Source of the DNA: Nannocystaceae bacterium
GTDB lineage: Bacteria > Myxococcota_A > Polyangia > Nannocystales > Nannocystaceae
Reading direction: 5' to 3'
Length of the DNA: 64,000 nucleotides
Assembly (NCBI GenBank): GCA_017996215.1
Contig: JAGOHL010000017.1
Coordinates: forward strand, 60,118 to 124,117
The translations under genes were made by a program, and so were the position numbers. The notes below the pieces were generated by a model, which searched no databases, had not been told where the DNA came from, and was given only the letters and a program-made list of their open reading frames with translations. Positions 28,345 to 37,044 of this stretch are shown here, in pieces (the stretch's first letter is position 1; every line of letters begins with the position of its first letter).

Positions 28345-30285
28345 ATGACACCCATCGAGAACATCCGCTCCGATCGTTCCATCGTCGCGCGTCCCCGCGG
28401 GCTCGCTCGCTTCGCGCCGCTCATGATGGTCGCGTCGCTGGCGATCGCGTGCAAGAAGGACGACGCCAAGCCCGCGGATGCCAAGGGCACCGAGAGCAAG
28501 GACGGCAAGGTCGCCGACGCCGACACCAAGGACGGCAAGGCACCCGACGCCAAGACGCCCGACGCCAAGGCGCCAACGCCGACGGGCGACGCGCCGGTGG
28601 TCGCGCCTTCGCTCACCCGCGGCGACGTGCTCGCGCACGTCATGTTCGCCAACCCGTCGGTGCTGCTCGGCGAGATCAAGACCCAGATCGTGCCCGAGTC
28701 GGCCGCGCAGTTCGTCGACGAGTCGTTCCTGCGCACGATGGGCGGCGGTGCGCTGGGCTCACGCAGCGCACTCGCGACCAACCTCGACCTCGCCAAGCCG
28801 ATGGGCTGCGCGCTGGTCGACAGCACCACCACCAAGGCGCCGCTGGCCTGCGTGATCGGCTACACCGGTGGCTCGAAGCAGCTCGTCACCGACCTCGGTG
28901 AAGAGGGCAAGCAGACCGACGCGGGCTCGCACATCGCGAAGTACTCGGTGAACGGCCAGGACCTCTTCATCGACGACCTCGGCGGCGAGGTCATCGTCAG
29001 CAACGCCGACGAGCTGTTCGGCAAGGCCCGGAGCTACCTCGCGGACTCCATCATCGGGCGCGCCAGCGCCATGAAGACCGACGTCGAGATCGTCGCCTAC
29101 CCGGCCGACCTCATGCGTCGCTACGACGCCGAGCTCCGTCCGGTGTTCGACGCCATGGCCAAGCCCCCGACGCTGCCGACCGGCGGCAGCGCGGGCGAGA
29201 AGTTCGCCGGCGCCATGGCCGAGTACGGCATGAAGTCGAACGAGCGCACGCTCAAGATGATGCAGGAGATGCAGCAGTTCTCGATGGCGATGTCGGTCGA
29301 CGGCGCCGGCCTCGAGCTGACCTACGCGCTGCAGCCCACGCCCGGCACCGAGCTCGCGAAGCAGTACGAGATCACCTCCGCCGGCCCGGTCGATGCCGCG
29401 TTCGTGTCGTCGCTGCCGCGCTCGAGCTGGGGCGTGATGGGCTTCAACGCGCACATGTCCGAGGCGCTCGACACCGGCCCCGTGAAGGAGCTCCGCAGCG
29501 CGCTCGTGAAGGGCTATGCCGAGGCACTCGGCAAGGATGCCGCGCAGACCGAGGCCGCACTCGTCGAGTTCGCCAACGAGGCCCGCGCGACCTACTCCGG
29601 TCACTCCGCACTGGCACTCATGCAGGAGCCCGGTAGCGTCGGTGCGCTCGCGGCCGTGTTCGGCCTCAAGGACGGCGTCAACGCCCGCGAGGCCTGGAAG
29701 ACCTGGTCGGGTGGATTCACCGTCGAGTCGTTGCTCGGCGCCGACGCGGCCAAGAAGGTCACGTGGAGCTTCCAGTTCGACGCCGCGAAGGTCGGCGAGG
29801 TCGCCGTCGATCGCTGGGTCATCGAGCCCACCGACGAGGTGAAGGCCGAGATGCGCAAGGACGGCGGCGCCAAGCTGGCCGAGTGGGAGACCAAGCTCGG
29901 CGGCCTCAAGCTCGTCGTCAACCGCGTCGAGCGCGATGGCAAGGTCGCGTGGATCATCGGCTCGGCCGCCGACGAGGCCTCGACCAAGGCGGTCGTGGAC
30001 GCGATGGCGGGCAGCGCCTCGCTGGCCGGTGATCCGGGCCTCGACAGCGCGCTCGCACGCACGCCGGGCGCGTCGGCCATCATGGCCCTCAACGTCAAGG
30101 GCATGCTCGCGTGGATCGCCACGCTCGCGCCACCCGAGGAGGCCGCGAAGATCCCGACGGGCATCGGCAGCGATCTGAACGACGTGGTCATCACGACCAC
30201 GTACTCGCCGTCGGGTCCGCAGGTCGGCGAGATCGCGTTCTCGCAGAAGCTGGTCGACGGCGTCCGCGCGCTGGCGAACAAGTAG
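28345..30285 (+). CDS. Hypothetical lipoprotein (K/D/A-rich linker plus ~550 aa globular domain)
   Basis: Signal peptide with lipobox 'SLAIAC', 'KDGKxxDA' repeat linker, large alpha/beta region. Start ATG 28345, divergent and 35 bp from the CtpA start. Confidence 0.6.
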   Translation: MTPIENIRSDRSIVARPRGLARFAPLMMVASLAIACKKDDAKPADAKGTESKDGKVADADTKDGKAPDAKTPDAKAPTPTGDAPVVAPSLTRGDVLAHVMFANPSVLLGEIKTQIVPESAAQFVDESFLRTMGGGALGSRSALATNLDLAKPMGCALVDSTTTKAPLACVIGYTGGSKQLVTDLGEEGKQTDAGSHIAKYSVNGQDLFIDDLGGEVIVSNADELFGKARSYLADSIIGRASAMKTDVEIVAYPADLMRRYDAELRPVFDAMAKPPTLPTGGSAGEKFAGAMAEYGMKSNERTLKMMQEMQQFSMAMSVDGAGLELTYALQPTPGTELAKQYEITSAGPVDAAFVSSLPRSSWGVMGFNAHMSEALDTGPVKELRSALVKGYAEALGKDAAQTEAALVEFANEARATYSGHSALALMQEPGSVGALAAVFGLKDGVNAREAWKTWSGGFTVESLLGADAAKKVTWSFQFDAAKVGEVAVDRWVIEPTDEVKAEMRKDGGAKLAEWETKLGGLKLVVNRVERDGKVAWIIGSAADEASTKAVVDAMAGSASLAGDPGLDSALARTPGASAIMALNVKGMLAWIATLAPPEEAAKIPTGIGSDLNDVVITTTYSPSGPQVGEIAFSQKLVDGVRALANK

Positions 30286-30367
30286 CCCTCGCGTCGGGGC
30301 GACGACGGCGTCCATCACCGCCGTCGTCGCGCCCACGGGCGGCCGACGCAACCGCGTCGGCTCCGCC

Positions 30368-30547
30368 TCACGCTGCGCGCTTGACCGCCACCGGCACGGT
30401 GCCGCTGGCGTCGTCGAGCGACCGACGGGCCCTGTCGAACAACCGCGCCTCGCGGACGCGCTGCACCTCGTTCGCCATCGCCTCGGTCGTCACCGCATCG
30501 ACGAAGCGCGACACGAAGGCGTAGTAGCGGATATTCGGAGCTTGCAT
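30368..30547 (-). CDS. Small protein (59 aa) with strong Shine-Dalgarno
   Basis: GGAGGA sits 6 nt upstream of ATG 30547. ORF 'MQAPNIRYYAFVSRFVDAVTTEAMANEVQRVREARLFDRARRSLDDASGTVPVAVKRAA' has coherent codon usage. No known family. Confidence 0.4.
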   Translation of the reverse strand: MQAPNIRYYAFVSRFVDAVTTEAMANEVQRVREARLFDRARRSLDDASGTVPVAVKRAA

Positions 30548-30862
30548 GGTCGTTCCTCCCGTCCTGCCAAACCCAACGGAGCTCGGGTGCTGGCCTGACA
30601 CCCGAACAACGAGTGCAGGCGCCGTACCATATCGAGGCACGTCCGATCGCGGTCCGGTGTTCCCGTCGATCGTCCCAGGGCGGGCCGCAGGGGTCGCGGC
30701 GGGGACCGTGGCCGATCGCCCGAAACGCGGCGCGACGGCCCGTGCTTTCGCGTAGTTCGGTCGGTCCGGTGCGATCCCCGAGCGGACGGGAACGGACCCG
30801 CGCGTGTCGAAGTTGTGGCCCCGCCCGCCAGATTGCCGACGGTGCAGCGTCGGAGTTCCATC

Positions 30863-31789
30863 ATGCGACACGTGGACGAGCCGCACACTGGTCGAATCGC
30901 GCGCAGCTGCGAGGCCTGCGGCGCGGTGGTGTCGCTGCCGGCGGAGCGGATCGCAGACCAATGTCCTTGGTGCGGATCGCGGCTCGTGGATGCCAGTGCC
31001 GCGGCCCACATCGATGCGGTGTGCCCCTTCGTCGTGTCCGAGCGGGCGGCGACGACACGGCTGCGCGAGCACGTCGCGGACGCGTTCTGGGCGCCCCGGG
31101 AGCTGCGGCAGCTGGCCCGCAGCGGGCAGCTGCGACCCGAGGCCCTGCGCGGTGTGCTGGTGCCGTACTACGCGTTCGATGGCGTGACACAGTCGCGTTG
31201 GCAGGCCCGCATCGGGATCGATTGGTGGCGCACCGAGATGGTCCGCGACGAGCAGGGCCGGGCCCGCAAGCGACGGGTGCGTGAGACCGAGTGGCACGAG
31301 CTGCGGGGCACCGCAGTGGGTGAGTTCGTGGCGCAGCTGCAGTGCGGCTCGACCGCGCTGCGCGAGCACGAGATCGCGGGCCTGGGCCGTTTCGATCTCG
31401 GCACCGCGGTGGCCTTCGATCCGCGCGTGCTCGCCGGCTTCGCGGCCGAGCTGCCGGCGCTGCGGGCCGACGAGGTCGCCCACGCGGCGGTGACGGCCGC
31501 ACGCGCCGCCGCCACGCGCCGCATCGAGACCGAGGTGCTCCCGGGCGAGCATCCGAGCCTCACATCGATTGCGACCGAGGTGCGCTTCGCCGCGCCCAAG
31601 CTCGCGCTGGTCCCGGTGTGGATCGCGAGCTATCGCCACCGCGGCCGCACGCATCGACTGCTGGTGCACGGCCAGTGCGGGCGCTGCGTCGGCCGGCCGC
31701 CAATCGATCGTGGCAAGGTGACGATCGCCGCGATGACGATCGCCGTGGTGGTGGTGGCGTGGCTGTGGCTGGCGGGGGTGTGGTCGTGA
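30863..31789 (+). CDS. Zinc-ribbon-containing membrane-anchored protein, paralog A
   Basis: N-terminal CxxCG...CxxCG zinc ribbon (SCEACGAV...QCPWCGSR), ~220 aa middle domain and C-terminal TM helix (VTIAAMTIAVVVVAWLWLAGVW). Alignable along its length with the next gene. Confidence 0.55.
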   Translation: MRHVDEPHTGRIARSCEACGAVVSLPAERIADQCPWCGSRLVDASAAAHIDAVCPFVVSERAATTRLREHVADAFWAPRELRQLARSGQLRPEALRGVLVPYYAFDGVTQSRWQARIGIDWWRTEMVRDEQGRARKRRVRETEWHELRGTAVGEFVAQLQCGSTALREHEIAGLGRFDLGTAVAFDPRVLAGFAAELPALRADEVAHAAVTAARAAATRRIETEVLPGEHPSLTSIATEVRFAAPKLALVPVWIASYRHRGRTHRLLVHGQCGRCVGRPPIDRGKVTIAAMTIAVVVVAWLWLAGVWS

Positions 31790-32640
31790 TCGTCGTGCGT
31801 TGCGATGCATGCGGCGGCACGGTGACGTTCGATGCCGATCACGCGCGGGCACAGTGCCGCTTCTGCGCCGCGGTCGCGCTGGTCCCGGTGCCGCTCGACC
31901 GCCCACCGCCGCCGCCGCGTGAGGTCATCCCCTTCGCGATCGACGAGGCGCTGGCCCGGGAGCGCTTCGCGACGTGGACCCGCAGCTCGTGGTGGCATGC
32001 GCGGGACCTCGGCGCGGCGGTGGTGCAGCTGCGACCGCTGTGGTTGCCGGCGTGGCGGGCCCGTGCCGAGGTCGAGCTGCACTGGGCTGGCTTGGTGCGC
32101 GCCGACACCCGCAGCGGCCGACGCCCGCGCAGCGGCATCGATCGAGCGCCCGCGCAGGCCTTGGTGCCGGCCTCGCTGGGCATCTCGCAGCGCGAGCTCG
32201 ACGCGCTCGGCGGCTTCTCGACCCGTCGGCGTCCGTGGCTCGACGACGACGCCGAGATCACGCGGGAGCTGCCCAATCTCAGCGAGGCGGGTGCGCGGGC
32301 GCAGATCCAACGGGCGCTGCAGGCTGAGCGGCTGCGCGAGGTCGCGGCACGCGAACACCTGCACGATGCAGGCGCGACCGCACGCCTGCACGGCGTGGCG
32401 CTCGAGCTCGATGCACTGCCGATCTACATCGGCGCGTTCGCGTACCGCGGTCGGCCCTGGCGCATCGTCGTGCACGGCGAGTCCGGTCGCCTGGTCGGAC
32501 GCGCACCGCTCGACCGTGTGAAGGTCACGATCGCGGTGGTGCTGGCCGCGATCGTGGCGCTCGCGGTGGCGCTGTGGCTCGAGCGGCGCGAGCCCGGCCC
32601 GCCCACGCCGAGCCCCGCGTCGGCGTCCGACCGCCGCTGA
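31786..32640 (+). CDS. Zinc-ribbon-containing membrane-anchored protein, paralog B
   Basis: GTG start overlaps the stop of paralog A (GTGA). 'RCDACGGT...QCRFCAAV' zinc ribbon, conserved middle domain (e.g. 'IYIGAFAYRGRPWRIVVHGESGRLVGRAPLDRVKVTIAVV' vs 'VWIASYRHRGRTHRLLVHGQCGRCVGRPPIDRGKVTIAAM'), C-terminal TM helix. Confidence 0.55.
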   Translation: MIVVRCDACGGTVTFDADHARAQCRFCAAVALVPVPLDRPPPPPREVIPFAIDEALARERFATWTRSSWWHARDLGAAVVQLRPLWLPAWRARAEVELHWAGLVRADTRSGRRPRSGIDRAPAQALVPASLGISQRELDALGGFSTRRRPWLDDDAEITRELPNLSEAGARAQIQRALQAERLREVAAREHLHDAGATARLHGVALELDALPIYIGAFAYRGRPWRIVVHGESGRLVGRAPLDRVKVTIAVVLAAIVALAVALWLERREPGPPTPSPASASDRR

Positions 32641-32644
32641 CGCG

Positions 32645-34837
32645 TCAGTCCTCGACGCCGAGCTCGCGCATCAGGAACGAGAAGGTGTCGACGGACTGCG
32701 CGATCTCCTTCTTGGTCATGTCCGCGCCGCCGTGCCCCGAGTTCTCCTCGATCCGCAGCAACACTGGCTTGGACGAGACCGCCTGCATCGCGCCGACGAA
32801 CTTGCGCGCGTGCATCGGATCGACGCGGTCGTCACTGTCGGCCGACAGCATCAGCAGCGACGGATAGGCGGTGTCCTTCGCGACGTGGTGGTACGGCGAA
32901 TACGCGAACAAGGTCTCGAACTGCTTCGGGTCCTCGGCCGAGCCGTACTCGCTGATCCACGTGCGGCCGGCGCCGAAGCGGTGGTAGCGGACCATGTCGA
33001 GCAGCGGCACCGCACAGACCACGGCGCCGAACAGCTCGGGGTGCTGCGTCATCGCGGCGCCGACCAGCAGGCCGCCGTTGCTGCCACCCATGATGGCGAG
33101 CTTGTCGGGCCGCGTGATGTCGTTGTCGATCAGCCACTTCGCGGCGCCGGCAAAGTCGTCGAAGACGTTCTGCTTGTGCTCGCCCATGCCGGCGCGGTGC
33201 CACGCCTCGCCGAACTCGCCGCCGCCGCGGAGGTTCGCGACCACGTACACGCCGCCCCGTTCGAGCCACAGCACCGCGCGCGAGCTGAAGCCGGGCTCGA
33301 GGCTGACGTTGAACCCGCCATAGCCGGTGAGCAGCGTGGGGTTGTCGCCGCGACGCTCCATGTCCTTGCGATGGACGACGAACATCGGGACCTTGGTGCC
33401 GTCCTTCGACTGGAACCACACCTGCTCGGTGACGAACTTCGAGGTGTCGACCGGCAGCTCGATCTTCTGCCACAGCTCGGTCTTGCCGCTCGCAATCGAG
33501 GTTCGATAGATCTGCGGCACCTCGGTGAACGAGCTGAAGTAGTAGTAGGCATCGTCTTCGTCGGGCTCGCCGAGCATGCCCGACGCACTGCCCAGACCCG
33601 GCAGCTCGACCTTGCGCACCAGCTTGCCGTCGAGCGTGCGGACCTCGAGCTCGGAGTGGGCGTCCCGCAGGTACGACAACACGAGATGGCCGCCGATGAT
33701 CTGCATGCCGTCGAGCACCGCATCGCTCTCGGGCACCAGCTCCTGCCAGTCCGCGCGCGCGGGCTTGGCCGGATCGACCCGCATCACGCGGTACCGCTGC
33801 GCGCCGTCGTTGGTGTAGACGTAGAACTTGTCCTTCCACGCCCCCGCGCCGTAGACGGCCGGCTGGTCCTTCACCAGCGGCTTGAACTCGGGCGCCGCAC
33901 GACGCTTGGGATCCGGCTTCCCGCGCTTGCCGTGCAGATCGGCGACGTACACGTCGGTCGCGGCCCAGCCCCGCTGATGCGTGACGAACAACCACCGGCC
34001 GTCGCGTGAGACGCTCGCGTTCACGAACCGCGTGGGATCGTGGGCCGCGGGGTAAACCACCGGGTCTTTGCTGGGGTCGCTGCCGAGCGCGTGGAAGCGG
34101 ACCTCCGCGTGGCCCGGCAGCTGCTCGACCGGGATGCTCGGATCGGTCGGGAGGTTGACGTAGTAGAAGCCCGAGTCGTCGGGCAACCACGCGGCGTAGG
34201 CATAGCGCGCGCCCTCGATGGTGTCGGTCGGCATCTCGGCGCCGGTGTCGAGATCGCGCACGTACATCGTCGAGGCGTCGGCGTTGTTGCGCGACAGCTT
34301 GTAGGCGAGGTAGCGACCGCTGCGGCTGGGCATGATGCCGTGCACCGACACGCTGCCGTCGGGGCTGAGCGTGTTCGGGTCCATCAGGACCTCCTCCTTG
34401 CCCTGCTCGCCCTTGCGGACGTAGTAGATGTCCTTCTCCTTGTCGCGATGGCTGCGGGTGTAGAAGTACCGCTCGCCGCGGCGGGTGGGCGGCGACACCG
34501 AGTCGATGTACGACAGCTCCGCGAGGCGCTTCTCGAGCTCCGCGCGCCCGGGCAACGCCTCGAGCCGCGCGCGCGCGTGGGCGTCCTGCGCCTTCATCCA
34601 GGCCTTCACCTCGGCGTTGGCGACGTCCTCGAGCCAGCGATAGGGATCGGCGACCTCGCGCCCATGGATGGTGTCGACCACATCCTCCCGGCGGGTCGGT
34701 GGGACGCCGGGGGTGGCGCCATCGGTGCTCGTCATCTTGCCTCCGCCACCGCCGGCGACCTCGGGTTCGGTCGTCGCGGTCTCGCGGCAAGCGGCCAGCG
34801 CGAGGACGAACAGGGGAACGCGGGACCAGCGATGCAT
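32645..34837 (-). CDS. Prolyl oligopeptidase (S9A family) lipoprotein
   Basis: Lipoprotein signal (LFVLALAAC), beta-propeller N-domain (ADPYRWLED...) and alpha/beta-hydrolase C-domain with the nucleophile elbow 'GGSNGGLL'. Start ATG 34837. Confidence 0.85.
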   Translation of the reverse strand: MHRWSRVPLFVLALAACRETATTEPEVAGGGGGKMTSTDGATPGVPPTRREDVVDTIHGREVADPYRWLEDVANAEVKAWMKAQDAHARARLEALPGRAELEKRLAELSYIDSVSPPTRRGERYFYTRSHRDKEKDIYYVRKGEQGKEEVLMDPNTLSPDGSVSVHGIMPSRSGRYLAYKLSRNNADASTMYVRDLDTGAEMPTDTIEGARYAYAAWLPDDSGFYYVNLPTDPSIPVEQLPGHAEVRFHALGSDPSKDPVVYPAAHDPTRFVNASVSRDGRWLFVTHQRGWAATDVYVADLHGKRGKPDPKRRAAPEFKPLVKDQPAVYGAGAWKDKFYVYTNDGAQRYRVMRVDPAKPARADWQELVPESDAVLDGMQIIGGHLVLSYLRDAHSELEVRTLDGKLVRKVELPGLGSASGMLGEPDEDDAYYYFSSFTEVPQIYRTSIASGKTELWQKIELPVDTSKFVTEQVWFQSKDGTKVPMFVVHRKDMERRGDNPTLLTGYGGFNVSLEPGFSSRAVLWLERGGVYVVANLRGGGEFGEAWHRAGMGEHKQNVFDDFAGAAKWLIDNDITRPDKLAIMGGSNGGLLVGAAMTQHPELFGAVVCAVPLLDMVRYHRFGAGRTWISEYGSAEDPKQFETLFAYSPYHHVAKDTAYPSLLMLSADSDDRVDPMHARKFVGAMQAVSSKPVLLRIEENSGHGGADMTKKEIAQSVDTFSFLMRELGVED

Positions 34838-35063
34838 CGCGGCGGATGGTAGCAGCCCCCGTGGAGGTCTCGCGGCGGAACGGATGAACGGCATGATCCG
34901 GCTTCGATCCCCGGCGCCCCCTCGCAGGTTTCGCCGCATCCGCGAGTGCCCATGCGTGGACAATCACACCGCGACGGCGACCCCATCGAGGCCAACCACC
35001 GCCGGCCTTCGAGGACGTCGCCGGGGCGCCGCACGCTTCATCGTGGGCTCGCGCGCGCGCGCT

Positions 35064-36887
35064 CTACTGCCCGGCCCTGCGCGCCAGGTGCTCCGGCACC
35101 ATCGCCTGCGCAGGCGTGAGCACCTCGCCGGCGTAGTGATAGCCATCGTGCTCGGCGTCGGCGTAGTACGTCGAGCCATCGTCGGCGACGTAGAACAGCA
35201 TCTTGCCACCGTCGTCGGAGGTGTCGAATGCCGGGAAGTCGGCGGTGATGGACTCGCGGGTGCCGTCGGGCGCGAGATAGTCGATCGTGGTCGAGAACGC
35301 CGTCTGCGCGCGGGCGCCGAAGGTGTGGCCGACCATCAGCCAGCCATCGTAGCTGGCGCCGGGATAGTCGTAGGTGGAGCCGGTCGCACCGAGCAGATGC
35401 ACCGCCTTGCAGTTGTTCCACGCGGCGCTGGACTGGGCGCAGAAGTACTGCGTGCGATCGACCGCACCGTCGCGTCGCACTGCAGTGACGTCGCGCAGGC
35501 GCAGGGGCGCCTCGGCGTCGGCGCAGCGTAGACGCCCGAAGAACATCTCCTCTGCGCCGTTGCTCGGGCCGAACTCCGAGTTCCCGCGCCAGCCGCCCAT
35601 CACGTAGACCTCGTCGTCCTCGTTGACCGCGACGTCGCCGAGCGTCGCGTAGCCCGGGCCCGTGGCGATCGGAACCAGCCCGGTGGCGATGCCGGCCGCG
35701 TCGAAGTACGCCAACGCGACGTCCCAGCTCCCGGCGGAGACCCGCGAGAACGGGCCCGAGGCGGTCTCGGCGTCGAAGACCATGCCGACGATCACGTCAC
35801 CCTGGCCGTCGACGTCGAGCGAGTGCACGAACTCGTCGGAGCTGCCACCCAGCGACCACGCGCGCAGCGGCTCACCCTGCTCGGACCAGGCGGCGACGAA
35901 GAGGTCGTGGGCCCCGGCGGCGACGAGGTCGTGGCCCGCGACCACGGCATTGCCGGCGAAGCGGCCGGCCGCGAGCACCTCGCCGGTCGGCGAAGCCGCG
36001 ACGTGATAGACGGGTGGGTCGACGCTCGCGTCGCCCGCGGCCCACAGCACGCGGCCGTCGTCGGGATCGAGGCGCGCCACGGTCGCGTGCCCGGTCGCAG
36101 TGGCGATGTTGCCACCGGCGACCAGCGTGCCGTCGCTGGCGATGCGCAGGTCGTAGATCACGGTGTCACTCGCGCGCCGCCATCGCACCTCGCCCGCGGC
36201 GTCGAGCTGCACCAACTCGGTGTCGCGAGGCGACCCGAGCCGCTGCACCGCAACGGTGGTGTTGCCGAGCGCATCGACGACCATTGCCGTGGCGTAGTCC
36301 GAGCTGGTGTTGGTCCCGAGCACGCGCGTCCACAGCACGTTGCCGTCGAGATCGAGGGCTCCGAGGAAGACGTCGCCGAGCGCGGCGGGCTGGCCCTGTA
36401 CCGGCGGCAGCGCGTAGGTCTCGACGCCGTCGATCGCCGCGCCGACATTGATCGTGCTCGCGATCGCGATCACGCCGCCGCCCTGGGCGAGCGCCTCGAA
36501 GCCATTCATGTTGCCGTCGATGAGGGTCTTGGCCCAGACGAAGTTGCCGGATCGATCGAGCCGGGTGATGGCCGCTGGGTAGATCGACTGCGGGTGGCTC
36601 GGCAGGCGGATGTCGCCGAACACGGCGTCGCGCCCGAAGCCGACCACGCGGGTGAAGGCCGCGATCCCGCCGTCGGGCAGCGCTGCGCTCGCGACGGCGT
36701 TCTCGACACGCACCTGGAACGGCAGGTCGCTGCCGGCGTGGCGGTTCCAGCTCCGCACCGGCACGCACGCCGCCTCGTCGACGCGATCGCCCTGCGCCGT
36801 GGGCCCTAGATCGCGTGTGCCTTCGTCGAGGGCACATGCAGACGCCAGTGCGAGCATCGACGCCAGCACGGCGATCGAGGTCCCCAT
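35064..36887 (-). CDS. Hypothetical beta-propeller-like lipoprotein
   Basis: Signal with lipobox 'LALASAC'. Repetitive 'DGxVLW/VxAG' blade-like segments. Start ATG 36887. Confidence 0.5.
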   Translation of the reverse strand: MGTSIAVLASMLALASACALDEGTRDLGPTAQGDRVDEAACVPVRSWNRHAGSDLPFQVRVENAVASAALPDGGIAAFTRVVGFGRDAVFGDIRLPSHPQSIYPAAITRLDRSGNFVWAKTLIDGNMNGFEALAQGGGVIAIASTINVGAAIDGVETYALPPVQGQPAALGDVFLGALDLDGNVLWTRVLGTNTSSDYATAMVVDALGNTTVAVQRLGSPRDTELVQLDAAGEVRWRRASDTVIYDLRIASDGTLVAGGNIATATGHATVARLDPDDGRVLWAAGDASVDPPVYHVAASPTGEVLAAGRFAGNAVVAGHDLVAAGAHDLFVAAWSEQGEPLRAWSLGGSSDEFVHSLDVDGQGDVIVGMVFDAETASGPFSRVSAGSWDVALAYFDAAGIATGLVPIATGPGYATLGDVAVNEDDEVYVMGGWRGNSEFGPSNGAEEMFFGRLRCADAEAPLRLRDVTAVRRDGAVDRTQYFCAQSSAAWNNCKAVHLLGATGSTYDYPGASYDGWLMVGHTFGARAQTAFSTTIDYLAPDGTRESITADFPAFDTSDDGGKMLFYVADDGSTYYADAEHDGYHYAGEVLTPAQAMVPEHLARRAGQ

Positions 36888-37044
36888 CCACGCGCCCGCT
36901 TGCCCATGCGATCCACTGCACCCGTTCATACCCTCCACCTTTCGCGATGCCCAACGGTGCATCGCCCTCGGTAGGGGTCTGTAACGCTCGGCCGAGGTTG
37001 GTTCGGTCGGCCCGGTCGGTCGTGCTGGGGCGCGCGGGCCGGCC

